From Chlorokybus atmophyticus (lineage: Eukaryota; Plantae; Mesostigma and Chlorokybus algae), in assembly GCA_009103225.1 (NCBI GenBank), contig RHPI01002069.1:2132846-2196845 (forward strand): DNA of 64,000 bases, read 5' to 3'. Position 1 is the stretch's first letter. The number at the start of each line of letters is the position of its first letter. A program made the position numbers and the translations under genes. The notes under the pieces are model-generated. The model saw only the letters and a list, made by a program, of their open reading frames with translations. It searched no databases and had not been told where the DNA came from. Shown one piece after another: positions 1 to 13,800 of the stretch.

Positions 1-2500
1 GGTCAGGGCTGGCCGTGGTGCTGGCTAAACGACTAACAATGATGCCGTCCGGACTTACTTTGCGAGTTACATTCCTCCGGCGCGCAGATTATGGCGTGCC
101 CCGTTAGCTGAAGTGTATGCGAATATGTTGTGCCCTTTGAAGTTGATGGTTTATGGTCGATCACGGTCATAGAATACTGTACGGTGCTGCCCTGCAAAGC
201 CACTTTTCATTGCTCCATGCATATATGATGCATCAATCTCGCACGCCAAGAAGCGATGCTGACCTGACGCTTGCTTGAATCACTCCACAACGCCCGCGTA
301 ACATTCCCCATCCAGCGGCCATTGCACCACGACACTCACACCGATCAGCTGCTCGCATCCCAGCTTAACTGCGTTCCGTAGCCGATGCAGTGCGCTGTTT
401 AGTGGTCAATTGTCTGCCTCCTCTACAGCGACCATGGGGTCGAACTGCCCACGCCCACACCGCAAAAAACTGCTATGCATGCGACAGCAGCTTCAACATG
501 CATGAAATAAGCATACGCCCAACATAACATGCAATGATACGTCGCTGTCCACTCTACTGAATTACCTCCACAGCATCCACCACCTGTCCACTTACCACAT
601 GTCCCGGTGTTCATGTGAAGAAGCGCATGGGTTCCCCTCGCCCCTCAAAGCATGAGCGCAAGCACGATTTGCACATGCACTCCACGCAATGGAAAAACTC
701 GGGTTCCTTGCACAGCACTTTGCCAAGGCGGCAGCCAAACACGTCGACATTGTGTGTGGTGTGATGCCAGCAAGCAGCACTAAAACCCTGGAACACTATT
801 TGCACTTGCTGGCATTCGGTAAAATGTGCTTGCATTTGCTGCTTACGGCCATTGCACATATGTACGCATTGCAATTGTGGGCACATCAAACATGGACTCC
901 TAGGTGAGGGGATTCAACTGCTGCCGCCGATATCATGCAGGATATGAATCGGCATGGTTGCCCACTAATTGAGCGAGACTTTAGGGTATGGGCATCAATT
1001 TTGGGTTGCCAACTTACGAACTCAAAATGGGTCACACTTCAAGTGAAGCACAATTATACCATGGACGCTATTGCAGTACCATGCATGGTACTACATCAAC
1101 ATGAATGGTACTCCATCTGCTAATGGTACTACAGCACAAGGATACTCGCATACTACCACGATCGTAGAGTAATACGATCGTGGTAGTATGCTGTCATTCC
1201 ATGGAACCCAGAGCGCTGTCCGAGATTGTTGCTGTCAACCACGTTGGAACCAGCAACGTATGCAAGCCATGCACTGACTGATGCACTGACTACGACGCAC
1301 TGACTACGACGCACTGACTACTGCAACAGGGCGTCTCCCCATCCGTGCGGNNNNNNNNNNNNNNNNNNNNNNNNNNNNNNNNNNNNNNNNNNNNNNNNNN
1401 NNNNNNNNNNNNNNNNNNNNNNNNNNNNNNNNNNNNNNNNNNNNNNNNNNNNNNNNNNNNNNNNNNNNNNNNNNNNNNNNNNNNNNNNNNNNNNNNNNNN
1501 NNNNNNNNNNNNNNNNNNNNNNNNNNNNNNNNNNNNNNNNNNNNNNNNNNNNNNNNNNNNNNNNNNNNNNNNNNNNNNNNNNNNNNNNNNNNNNNNNNNN
1601 NNNNNNNNNNNNNNNNNNNNNNNNNNNNNNNNNNNNNNNNNNNNNNNNNNNNNNNNNNNNNNNNNNNNNNNNNNNNNNNNNNNNNNNNNNNNNNNNNNNN
1701 NNNNNNNNNNNNNNNNGGGGGGGGGGCTCTTCAATGTGACAATTTAGCACGCATGATGCACGCGGGTGTGCAAGCTGCCTCTGCCACCAAACTTTGTTAT
1801 CATAGCGGTCCACTACCTGCTCGATCACCTGCCGCCCATATGCCGCCATACACCTCCTGCTGGTCTTGGTGGTCTCGTTCAGCATGCGCTCATCCAGGCC
1901 CTTGACATGGCTGTTGTCACTTGTGTACTCGCCCCCATCGTCATTTTCGTAAAACTTCCACAAAATTAGCTCTACGTGCCGTATGACATACAGCCATTGT
2001 CAACTAAAGCATGCCAAGTACAGATTGAATGGTTTTACTTGCCATCTAGTATATTTGCTCAGGTAGTGGCACACATCTCGACCCGCATCAGTCGACATTA
2101 ACAGGTACATCTGTAGCAGCAGGTCAAAGTTCTGCTCCGCGGATAGCTCTTGCACATTGCCGGGTTGCTGCGGCAGCAATAACACCATCATATCGAGGAC
2201 GGCGAGAGGCAACAACGTACTACGGATGGCCATGTTGTGTTTGGGTTCCAACCCCAAGGGTCTGTTTACACCGCACTCTCCGCGCTCGCTCCCACTCATT
2301 GCATACGTTCGCCACCCACCTCAAGGCATGCCGCACGCGGTGATGCAGCGCGTCGTGGACGTATTGTGGGGCCATCAACTTCATTGCATTACGAGTCAGC
2401 CCCTCAAAGCATTTGCGCCGTCGATGGTTTGAGTTAAGGCAGCTCATGCCGCACCGGCTGTCTCTCTGGACGATGCTGAGCATCCACATGACGCTGCAAG
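1..2500 (-). mobile_element. Highly degenerate Ty1/copia LTR-retrotransposon internal fragment (GAG-pre-integrase, integrase, RT), interrupted by an N gap
   Basis: Minus-strand translations in copia order (IN before RT): LHHRVRHA (like LWHRRLGH, ~2350), RSTLLPLAVLDM..YLLMSTDAGR (like RSTRPLELLHMD..YLLTVIDDYSR, 2000-2299), ENDDGGEYTS..GLDERMLNET (like RSDNGGEYTS..GVAERMNRT, 1740-1960), GCRLGKVL (~730) and IIACYVGRMLI (like YVDDMLI, ~510). Many stops and frameshifts; no LTRs seen. Confidence 0.6.
1271..1321. repeat. Short tandem repeat, unit GCACTGACTACGAC, about 3.5 copies
   Basis: Directly visible; lies between the copia IN-like and RT-like segments. Confidence 0.8.
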
Positions 2501-2643
2501 CGCGTCTGTGCCTACTCAGGACACATAATCAGCCCCAATAAGGCTTTAAGGCGCTGTGCTTCTTTTAAGTACATTGTAATAATGTCCACCTTTGCTTTTT
2601 TGGTCATGTCAGCGTCCCTTGTTCCAACAACCTCCTTTTTTTT

Positions 2644-3375
2644 TTAGTGGTCGGCCTGCACGCTATGGCAGGCGCTCTCCGTGGCACTGTTACTCATAGT
2701 AGGTAAGGCGTTATTTTCTTGCTCCACAGCCTTGCGCTTGTTGGTTGCCTGACGTTCTTCCATGACCTGATGTTGCCCCATGAGGTCGAGCATGCAGCCT
2801 TTGTCTTTCAGCGCAGCTCTTAGGATACCTCGATCAATCTCTTTACCAACAAGACAGGCTGGGATCAATGTGTTAAGCTTAGAGGGAGAGGGCGAGCTAC
2901 TGCTGCTTCTTGATGGAGATGCCTTCAGATGGTCAAAATGCGGTGGCAAGTGAGTCTCCGCGGCAGGAAGGGAGGGTGATGAATTGCTATTGCCTGCATG
3001 AGGCTGTGGTGGGGGAGGCAGAATGTGCAGAACAGTTGGCTACTTCATGACTAGCACACGAAGACGAGGCCTGAGGCGTTGGCGCACCACCCGGAAGAGT
3101 TGCCGGTAGTAGCGGGGGATTGGCAACGCCATTCCACCACTCTCCAAACAGGTCTGTTACCTCCAGTGATAATTCATGCATAGGCCACGACCATTGTTCG
3201 GTGCTTGCAGGCTTGAGAAGCCAAAAGTATGCTTTTGGCTTATTGGAAGCAGTGTTGCCCACCACTAAGACTGAGTTGGGGGCCTTCTTTATTTCCAACC
3301 CAAGCCGCCACCTCGCTAACGCCAAGCCCATTACAACAACTCCACCTGACACCGCTGCCGTAAGGGCAAGCTAGA
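2644..3375 (-). pseudogene. Frameshifted 3' exon of an unknown protein gene, followed directly by an A-run
   Basis: Candidate acceptor ggcag near 3370, ORF 2987-3352, frame change, then ORF 2644-2949 whose stop TAA runs into an A-run (T-run 2636-2645 on +). No family recognised. Confidence 0.35.
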
Positions 3376-3567
3376 ATGCATGCATTCTTGATGCACTGTG
3401 CACGCTGCTTCTTGCTAAACTTCAAACTTTAATGCTTGCTTCTTTCACAACTGGCACAGTAACTGACTGCATGCGTTCTGGATACACTGTGCACGTTGTT
3501 CCTTTTGCTCAAGTTGAGGGTTGCATCTTTCATGGCTGGCAGCATGACTCACGTGGTTGTGCTTGCA

Positions 3568-5009
3568 GAGGGTCGATTGGAACCCCCAACGCATTTGGTT
3601 GTGACGTAGCAACCTCTGCCGTCAGCAACCCTCGCCCAAGTAAGTGGGAGATTAGCAACGAGGTAAGCACTGCGTGACACCATGACACCGTATAACGGAT
3701 TGTTCTTTTGTGGACAGCATTTGCGAGATGCCATCGTTGAAATCATAAACGGCCACTGGGTAGAGAGCCACGTATATTTCAAGGAGGACGCTATTCGTAA
3801 CGTCACGTGTCAGGTGCTGTGAATGCTTCATGACCTCACTGTGATACTGACTAACCTGCCCGTGACAGGTAGTTGGCTTTGATCATGACGACGAGGCCGA
3901 TGCGGCCAAGTTCTTTGAGGTGTACTGAACGCCCAAGGAGTGCCCCTGCCGCTCGAGTGTCGCCTTAAAGAAAGCTATACAGGTCCGATCTAAGAACGTC
4001 ACCAAGATCAAGCATGTCCTTGAGAAGGAGTACAAGTGGACACTGTTTAACAGCAACAAGCGCAAGTGAGTTGGATCTCTTACCACCATGTCTGCTATGC
4101 AACACTGCCTTCTTATTCAGCCTCCATACAGTACGCATCTTGCCTATTGCAACCGATTCAATCAGGCACATCGACGCCCCAATGGACCCCGAGACCCAAA
4201 AAGCCCCGATGCGCAACGCACTCCAAAGTAACTCACATGCACTATTCTAGCCTAGTGCAAGCTTTACTCGAACTATATGTGTCGTGACTAATGCCTTCTT
4301 TGTATGACTCTCGCAGACAAATCATGGCGAAAATTTGAGGTGATCGACAATGCAGACTTGGAGCGGAGGAGGTACATCCATAATGGGGCAATCCCATAAC
4401 CTAGCAGATAATCGTGCAATGCTGGTCTTACGCTGTCACTACACCTAGTCGCCGGCAGTTGACAGTCAACCACCTCGCATACCTGTTGCTTATGGTGAGC
4501 ACTATGAACTGAAATACTAGCAATTCAAGAACGCTGTAGCCCCCAACTACAGGCTTGCAGACGCGCTGCAGTGAATAGTGGCTTTCAGTGCCACTAAGAC
4601 ATGCCGGTAAACTACGCAAGCGGAGCGCATTCAAAAAGGCAATGATGGAGACCCTCTCCTAGCTGCCAGCATCGACACACATGAAGAGTACCTCAGCGAA
4701 ATCAACACCATAAGAGTGTTAATGAAGCGGGAGATAAGGCAACAGTACGCAGCCCTAAAGCCATTCACCCTTGTGGAACGCCGCACTGCATTTTGTGTCA
4801 AGTACCTGAAAGATTCCAATCGGCGCCGGCCGCAAGAGACAGCAGCTCGTGATCTGCTCGCTGAGGCAGAAGCGGCATATATATATAATTGGCTGGCGCA
4901 ACCGTTTGAGGAGGAGGAAGAGCAAACTCCGGCGTCTCGTCTACATTCCCCAGCGCGTGGTGCTGTGTTCCATGATGACGTGCAAGGCGATGATGGAGAG
5001 GAGCTGTAG
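3568..5009 (+). pseudogene. Multi-exon pseudogene of unknown family (possibly transposon-borne)
   Basis: GT-AG-bounded segments join in frame: HLRDAIVEIINGHWVESHVYFKEDAIRNVTCQ / VVGFDHDDEADAAKFFEVY*TPKECPC..KEYKWTLFNSNKRK / HIDAPMDPETQKAPMRNALQ / NKSWRKFEVIDNADLERR, then a terminal frame ending at 5009 (ORF 4716-5009). In-frame stops present; no start exon found. Confidence 0.45.
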
Positions 5010-5664
5010 CGCAGTTGGTAGTCCGTTCAGATGGTAGTGTACACAGCTGCAAGGCTCTTGTGACTTAGTGTTGTGCATCTTAAACCAGCTCAGTCAATTG
5101 TCATTGTGCTCATGCACTCACCAACTTGCATTCCTATGATATACAACAGAACCGCAGGCAACGCAAGTCACATAATCGGACTACAAGCCTTGGCAAGTGA
5201 TTGAGAGACACCGTACACACCTCAGATACCTGTACGCACAAGACATGGTATTTACGTTTGATATAAGATTTGTGCGCGAGCAACAATGTAGGCACATTAT
5301 ATTGGAGTAGGTAAGGTGTTGTTGATGGCTGCGCTTAAGGTAACACTAATACTGAGTTGTTAATCATTACCAACTGCACAGATTGTATGTGTGAGTCACA
5401 CTTACAATATGCGCACGCATAACATGTCACACCGCGACAATGTAAAGTTCCGAGTGATTATGGATGATAATGATAACGGATTTTACATGATTAATGATGT
5501 GAACATACGTGAACATACATGAACATCATGTGCATTCAATTCTCATGCATGACATGAAGTACAGCAGAATACAACTTGTTAGTTTAGTGAAAGGCCTCTT
5601 TATATAAAGGATTCGTAAAGCCCCCTTTGAAGACTCTGTCATGTCCAATTGTGATCCGGAAGTA

Positions 5665-5841
5665 CTGTATTTACCCGCTCACAATGCCCCCCTCGATTTT
5701 TTGGGAAGGCTGTTCTATTTGGGGGGGGCACTGAAAACGGTTTCCCTACTACATTGCATATCCTCGAAAACAATGCCCCCCCCCCCCGATTTGCAGGGGA
5801 GCTATTTTACCCGAGGGGGCATTGAAATCGGGTGAATACGG
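5665..5841. mobile_element. Tc1/mariner (Tc2/pogo-like) MITE, 177 bp
   Basis: TA flanks at 5663-64 and 5842-43. Left end CTGTATTTACCCGCTCACAATGCCCCCCTCG; reverse complement of right end CCGTATTCACCCGATTTCAATGCCCCCTCG. Confidence 0.8.
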
Positions 5842-6322
5842 TAAGGGCTCGGGGGAACAAAAAGACGGTAGATTGTTTCAGGAGCATGTATCCAAATGAC
5901 TCTTATTTTTTGTGGAAAGCATTCAACCCTTGCACGGATTGTCATTGTTGCTTGAGTAACATTCTTGCTTCGTTCAGTTTGCATAAGCTAATAATTGAAT
6001 TATGGCTAGTGATTGCAACGTGCTACATACCTATTAGAATTGCATATTCTGCTTACTTATTTGTCATATTCACCACGAAGATGTAACTACCGAGATACGA
6101 ACAGCAACACTCTACATGTTACTTGTTAAACATCACCTCGCCTTAAACCGAGTCTTTTGAACACATCCAATCAACACGTGCATAACCGATGGTGCATTTA
6201 ATTTTAATACTCGTTCTGCTATGGCAAAAGCTCGCATAATTGAACTGCCTAATCTACCTTCATTCTTATCACACTTGCCACCGTTAATTGGAGGCATGTG
6301 ACTGACACATATCACAGTAGAT

Positions 6323-9300
6323 TCAAGTCGCTTTCTGCAAGGGCACCACCTCAATAGGTAGAGAGTTCTTGGGGTGCGGAATGGGCAGGTATACTAAAGG
6401 ATTTTCTGTATGCTGCAAGTTCCACCTGCAAAGGTCGCATAAAAAGTTAGCAACCAGCAGCTCGTACATGATAGTAGCCTAAGGTACGCGTGGAATGCAT
6501 GCATGCTGTTACACAGCTTGTAACCACAGCCTTGCATGCAGTGGCACATACCGATATGTTAGCATCAGGTGATGGATGAACACCTTCATCTCCACCTGCA
6601 CAGCATTCATCGTTTCAGTTAATGAACACATTGCACAAGCTTAGAAAACTATCGACGTTGAAGTACCCTCGCGAACTCGTAGCCCAGGCACCTGTGCGAA
6701 AGGGGGATGGAGAGAAGTCAATGCTGTGCTGAGTGACGCACACGCACACATGCACACGCACAAGCAACAACGCATCTGCACACGCATGTACACAGTCATA
6801 CGCACGCAAGCATGTGCACACATACACACACGCACGCCCCCGCCCCCCACTCACATGTGCGGTCCGCCGCCAAATGGAATGAATGCCCCTGGCTTTACAG
6901 GTTTCTAACAACACCGTAGTCAGTCATCGTTATTGCAATATTGCGTAACGGCTCAGCATGACTGGCGGAGGCACACACTACGGACTGCAATACTCTGTTA
7001 CGTACTTCAAATCGGTCCGGATTGAAGCAATCGGGGTCGGGAAAGTACTCCTCATTATTAGCCGGATGCACTACATTGTACACCACCTTCCAGCCCTTCT
7101 TGATACGGTAGCCTATGCATATGTATAGAGAGAGCACGTGCGTGTGTGTGCGTGTGTGGGCGTGCGGCTGGGCTCAGTACAGACGCGCATCTTTTGTCGC
7201 ACTTAAGTCAGCTCAACAGAGAGGAGAGGTGTCAAGCAACACCAACTCAGATTGCATGATACTTGTCTCGTACTTGCTTACCATTGTACTCAAAGTCTTG
7301 AGTGGCCTCCCTGAACATCTGTGGGGCTGGTGGCAGAACCCGCAGAACTTCGCTTATCACCTGATAGATCAATGAAGTATGCATCACTCGCCATGTCACA
7401 CTCAGAGTGAGCCCAAGCACTTGAACATGTACCCTGTCTGTATACTCCATGGATTTGATGTCATCCCAATCCAACTTTTGACCAGGCTTGGAGGCAGCCA
7501 GTTTCATGTGTTCATCCTGCATATACACGACGCATGTTGTGCGTAAAGGTAGGCACTCAGCTGATGCATGCAAGCATGCAGATAACTGGATCAACAGCTA
7601 CAACAGCTCACTCACCCTCAGCTTGTTCATCACGTCTGAATGTTGTGAAACAAGTAGCATAAAGTTTGTCAACGTGCTCGAGGATGTGTCGTGCCCAGCA
7701 AAGAATATGGTAAGTAAATTCTCCTGCGTAATAGATTTGTGTTATATTACGAGGAGACACGCGTATGTCCGCAGACACGCGCGATGTACTCACCAACAAC
7801 GCTTCGTCATCAAGGCTGACACCGCTCTCATCAGCAGTCAGAATGCGCGATAAAACGTCACCACTGCCTGACTTGTGGAGATTGGCACGCTTTTGTTTCA
7901 CAGCCTCACTCAACTGCTGCATTATCTCCTTGCGAGCCTGCGTGCGTGCATGAGAGACTTTGTTGCCCGGGCACATCCATGACATGTTGCAGCCAGCACA
8001 CAAACACACCTGCATGGCACGCCCGTAAGCGGTGAAAGGCAAGTTGAGTGGCAACGTGAAGAACAGCCCATTTGCCCACACATTGAAGTTGCGACTCAGC
8101 GCCTCCATTGCTGGCCCCGGCAACATCCCCACCATTACCTGAGCTATGATCTCAAATGTGAACTGCATACATACACACGCACACACACGCATCAGCGCAG
8201 GCACACGAGCACAGAGCAACGGTCAGTGTCAATGATGACGACCATGCTATGACAATGAGGTAGCTGCGTGTGTACGAGCAAGGTACCCTCTTCATTTCTT
8301 TGTACACTTTGACGTGGCCTTGTTCACCCCAGCGTTTGAGAGTTCTGAAAGTGCACTCTTCCATGAGCGGGACGCAGCTTTTGAGCGCCTCAGCATTGAA
8401 GAACGCCATGAGAAACTTCTTCGTCTTTCTGTGAAACTCCCCGTCTGTTGTGCTCAATGTGTTGGGGCCCAGCAGCGTTTGTGCTGTGTATGGTAGCACA
8501 TTCTTCAACACCTGGTTATAACGTTGACTTGGTGCGTATGTGTGTGGCCATCTGTTGATTTGTCATTTGAAAGTAAAAGTCAAGGGTATGCATGCTGTTA
8601 ATTTCGTATGTGTGTGTGTTATGCTCACTTGCTGTGTGTTGGAAAGTACGAACTTGTTGCCTTCAGGGCTCAGAAAGTTGACTATCTTGTCGCCCAGCAG
8701 GCTGGTTCGGTACACATCACCATACTTGGCGGCCCTCTCCCTGTCAAAAGGCAGAGGGCCAAGGTCTGGCCAACATATATGTCAGTGTCAAGCATATTTA
8801 GTCCAGCATTGTGTGTTGACACCGGCAGCACCAGCAACCTTCAGCAAGCTAACCTTGCAACTAGTGAAACACAATGCTATTACAGCTGGCACATCCGCTA
8901 AAACGACTACTGACTGATTCTGAATGGTATGCGATAGAGCGAAACTGCGCAGGTGACAACAAAGCTTGAGGTTGGCTGTGCGCTGCCTGATTCGGAATGG
9001 TATGCGATAGAGCGGAACTGCACAGGAGGACAACAAAGCTTGAGGTTGGCTGTGCGCTGCTTAGGTTGTCATCACCCAGTGGGAGCGGGGGTAAGCTGCG
9101 GTGCGGACGACCAGAGTGTGGCATGCAGCATGACACATAGCAAAGCATGCAGCATGCGTGCATGAAGACAAACTGTGAGTGGAAGCCTGGCTCCAGGATT
9201 GCACACGCGCAAACGCACGCATGCAGGAAGCAAGCAGAGCACTCGCCTGGGGCGCCAGGCCACACGTTGATACGGCGAAAGGTCTCTCCGACCACAGGCC

Positions 9301-9430
9301 AACCCCAGGTGCCGGGTGGCAACTTGTCGTCATCTTTGCGCAGCCACAGCAGCGACAGAACCAGCAAAAGCAGCGCTCCCACCGCAGATGCCACCCACCA
9401 GGCTGCCTCGCCGCCCGCTGCCGCCTCCAT
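6323..9430 (-). CDS. Cytochrome P450, CYP85 clan (multi-exon)
   Basis: N-terminal membrane anchor, then LPPGTWGWPVVGETF; I-helix IFFAGHDTSS (~7680-7720); K-helix SEVLR; PDRF; heme motif FGGGPH/MCLGYEFAR split by an intron (~6850/6690); last exon ends VVPLQKAT* at 6323. Intron 1 (9246-8766) has a GC donor. Confidence 0.93.
8914..9060. repeat. Tandem duplication of 73-74 bp in P450 intron 1
   Basis: 8914-8986 and 8987-9060 are near-identical (CTGATTC.GAATGGTATGCGATAGAGC...GTTGGCTGTGCGCTGC). Confidence 0.9.
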
Positions 9431-9860
9431 GCTCCTGGAGCAGTTGTCAACCGACACCAGTGCTGTGTCTCGTGTCTCGGCTGCAGTTTGTTGGCGTAAG
9501 CCCTAAAGCTGAGGGCGTGTGGCGAGCAACGAAATCTCCCACGTGGGGCTCATGATTGTAAGGCTTTGTAGCCAAATGATGGGGGGGGGGGGGGGGGGGG
9601 GGGNACGAGCACCACATGCATTCATCATGTTTCTATATGAACTGAAATTATGTTATATAACTAGTAAAAACCCATACGATGCCGTCATCATAAATGAGAG
9701 TACGGACACTAATTGTGCTAAAACTTACTCAATAACACTGTGCTCACACCATTAGGTAATAGAAGTGTCAATGATTGAACTTTTCGCGTAAATCGGCATG
9801 TGTATGAATGACCAGCAACATATCTGGAGTTTATTATAGGGTGTATGTATATATGTGATA

Positions 9861-10709
9861 CCGTAATTACCCAGTTTTGTNNNNNNNNNNNNNNNNNNNN
9901 NNNNNNNNNNNNNNNNNNNNNNNNNNNNNNNNNNNNNNNNNNNNNNNNNNNNNNNNNNNNNNNNNNNNNNNNNNNNNNNNNNNNNNNNNNNNNNNNNNNN
10001 NNNNNNNNNNNNNNNNNNNNNNNNNNNNNNNNNNNNNNNNNNNNNNNNNNNNNNNNNNNNNNNNNNNNNNNNNNNNNNNNNNNNNNNNNNNNNNNNNNNN
10101 NNNNNNNNNNNNNNNNNNNNNNNNNNNNNNNNNNNNNNNNNNNNNNNNNNNNNNNNNNNNNNNNNNNNNNNNCCCCCCCCCCCCCCCCTTATCCGATTAG
10201 CGCAGGGCCCCTATAACAGGCTAGAATGCCATTCCAGCTCGCCGTACAGAATTGTGAGTACCATTGCGATGGAATAAAGCGCCCACGGCTCATTGGAGCC
10301 ATGCTTCAATTGAATACCATCCCTCATTATCTAGGAGAGAGCCTATGCCGGACTGTGGCAACTTGGGGCGCTTTAACTTGTTGGGGGTAGTTATGGCATG
10401 TTCAGCAATATCAGCAAGCACACTTTTGTATATTTGCAGAGGTTACAATGTAAAAATGCTTGGGCTACTTGTTGAAGTACTTGTTTCCAGTGTGGTAGCA
10501 AGAAAGAGGTTTTACACCGTAGTGCCACAAACTCTTCATAAAAGTAGCGGCCGGAAAGCAACAAAATGTTTTGGCAAAACCCCGCTAGACTATGCATTCA
10601 ACTTTGTAATCACAAGAATGCATACCTGCCTGCGCTGCATTGTTGGTAAAAATTGCATAAACGGGCCTACCCGAGTTATTTGTTAAACAAAGACTTCGCG
10701 ACACTACGG
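9861..10709. mobile_element. Possible Tc2-like non-autonomous element(s) spanning an N gap
   Basis: TA|CCGTAATTACCC at the left resembles the 5665 MITE terminus; TACGG|TA at the right. Only the terminal CCGTA matches, so these may be two unrelated ends. Confidence 0.3.
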
Positions 10710-10859
10710 TAGCCATGTGCACATTGCTAGTTCGAGCAAGAGGGAAAGCAAAACATGAACCACTATGCCACATAACCTAGCGAGTGCAATGCCAGAGCCG
10801 AACGGCGGTCAGAAGCTGCAAGTGAGATACTCATCAGCAGCTGGAAGTATCTTGCAAAT

Positions 10860-13800
10860 CTACCGCTTTGTTTTGTCCAAAATCTCAATGTGCTTCTTGG
10901 GCACATTGTGCTGCTGCACCAATATGTGTGCCACTTCTTCGAGCACGCCGCCTTGAATGACCACTTCATATGCAGCCTTCTTCCCGGGCAGCAAGCCGAC
11001 AGTCGTGCTGCACGCAAACTTGTGTTGCCAATCAGCAGCTGCGGCCTCGGGGTCGATGAGATACGACTCCAATCCGGTAACCCGAGTTATCTTCTTCCTC
11101 CCTTGACGCACTTCTGTAAGGATTTGCAGCGGCGGCAGTGATCCCTTCCTGCAATGCAAGCAGGCACGCACTGTGTAAGCTGTTCAACAGAGTGCCATGC
11201 AGAGTGCCAGATCAGTTGGACAGGTTGATACATGCCTGCTTGAGACTGCAATCATACGACGAAAGGCACCAAGTATGCTTTTACAGACTGTGTGGTGATT
11301 CGCAACCATTGCAAATAACGACGCCCACCTTACAGCAGTGTCTTGTCCCCTGGTTACAGCATGGTGCGCTACCATGCGTGCAGCAAACTTGGAAGTCACG
11401 GCTGCCTTGCTTATTTCTGTGGGGTACGTCTCCCCTTGTTTTGTCTTGATAACACCTGCCACACATGACGTCAATGGTCACGATGTACGCCAAACGCTTA
11501 CCAACAAAAGGTTGAGTTGACTCTGGCATAACATACCTTTGAACAATGCATCGCACAAGGCAACATCGAGCGTCACAACTGAAGGATGGGACTTGCTGGT
11601 GAGGTCTTTCTCTTTGATGTACTGCAAGCAGTTTGTAATGTAGTCAGCCTTATTATCCTGACCATCACTGGCAAAGTTGCACTGCATTTGATGCAGTACA
11701 GCACGCTACCTGAAAGACCAGCTCAGAAACCTCCTTTTCGGTGTAGAACCCTGACGTGTCAGCACCAACCGCCTCCAATACAGGCTGCGTTGCAGGTGAG
11801 GCCTTGTACACTTCGTGTACCTGACAGAGCAGCAGTTGTCATCAACCAGGGCCATGTTACATTATCATAAGCAACTGTGAACAAGTGCTGCGAGGCGCAC
11901 ACAGACATATGGACTTCTGCCACACAGCTGACTTTGCAGCCACAATAGTTGCGCAAGCAAACATTTGTAAGGGCATGCTGCAAGCTACCTCCAGCTTGGC
12001 GCTCTGCGTGCTTTCGCTTGCTGCAGCCGCAGCTGCAGCAGCCTGACTTGCCACAGTCTCTGTCCGGTCTGGCACGAACGATGTGAACAGTTCATGCTTC
12101 CGATTTACCCCTGTTACCTGGCAAGAGAAAGCAATGGTCAGCAGACATGCAATTCTTACATTTGTGTCACGAAACCCTGTTGTATCGAGTATGCATATGG
12201 CAACAAGCGGAGAAGGCAGAGAACAAGGTGCTACACACATCAGTGCGGTGTCATACATACCACCATTTCCTTGGTCTTTCTGTCTTCCTTTGCAGCCAGC
12301 AGGCCCTCTTTCTCGTATTTCTGGATGAACTTGGACACTTTCTTGAAGCTTGACTTCTTTATGTCTACATGCGTACCGGCTGGTCTAGCCAACAAGATGT
12401 AGTTAGACCTGCAAGCATACGCAAGTCACTGAGCGCTCCACTATAAACAAACAGTCAGAGGAAGAGCAATGATACCACTTGCATCATTCTATACTCATGA
12501 CTGCCATATCCGTTTGCAAATATCTGTTCATTACAACATGCACAAACACGTCACCAAATAGTTGGCATACTGCTTACCAGAAGGTACCACCAGCAATGGG
12601 CAGGTCTTTATCCTTGACCAGCTTGTGCAGAGCGAGAAGCAAGCAGTTCTGCAGCAGACTATCCATGTCCTCAACGGGCACTGTTGCGCTGGCACTCGGT
12701 GCCTCGACCTCAGCTTCTTCTTTCCCATTGTCCTGTGCTGCATGGCTCTCTGGTCACAAGAGGCGGTGAGTCAAGAAGTGTGAGACGCTTAACAACACTA
12801 GCGGCCAGCTTGACTGCGAATACGCAATGCACAACACCTGCTTACCAGCTGTTAACAGCGTCGCCATTCCTGCAGTCGCTGCCGCCGTAGCCGCATCCTC
12901 AGGGTCGGCTGCTGGAGCTTCAGTTGCATCTCGATGCAGTTCATCACCTTCTGCAACACAACTATGACTTTCAGTATGTGATGCAGAATGTGTGATAGTG
13001 CTGGAGGCAACAAGCTTACAGTACCTGCAGACTCAGGAGCAGGGCCGGCTTCATCCCCAAGGCTCTTAACTACATCGTGCTGAAAACCCTCGTTGGGGAC
13101 AGGCTTGCCAGGTGCACTTTCCCAAAGCGTGTCAGGGAAAAAGTGCACAACTCTTAAAGCCTTTCCTCTGCCACTTGCTGCAGCTTGACTGTCAAGTGCT
13201 GTTGTGCCTACCTGTGAGGCACCCTATGGTCAGCACGTCGCATTGTGCCTGCTCATTGTAACTACACGTCTGTGGCATGCCATTAAGTACACCATGGTAT
13301 GAACACACGGTCGTGTGTGCAGTAGATACGTACACACGTACATGTCTGTACGTGTGAGCCACTTGCGTGTGAGCCATACACTTGATATGCAACAGCACAT
13401 GTATGTGCAAGAGGTATGCACGCATGCATGCGTACTACGTGCAGATGTCCATACCCCCGCAATCGTAGGCACGTGTGCATGTGAGTTCACGCAAGTAGAA
13501 GGAAGATACGTAGAATATCTAGGCACTTATTGTGCAAAAGCTTGTCACATGCATCTATGCAAGCATGCCACATGCAGATGTATGTATCCCAATGTGTCCC
13601 GTTGATCCATTATCACATACCGCAATGGGTGCTGGGTTGCCAGGGACTTTGACGGACCACACCTCTCCCTCTCGGAAGGGCTGAAAGCCGCCCTCCGGAA
13701 TATCGACGCCGGGCAGCATGGCATCGGCGCCACCCAGCACCCATCTGCTCACCTCCGAATGCTTCAATGTGAATGCTGGCACCAGAGTTGGCACCTCCCA

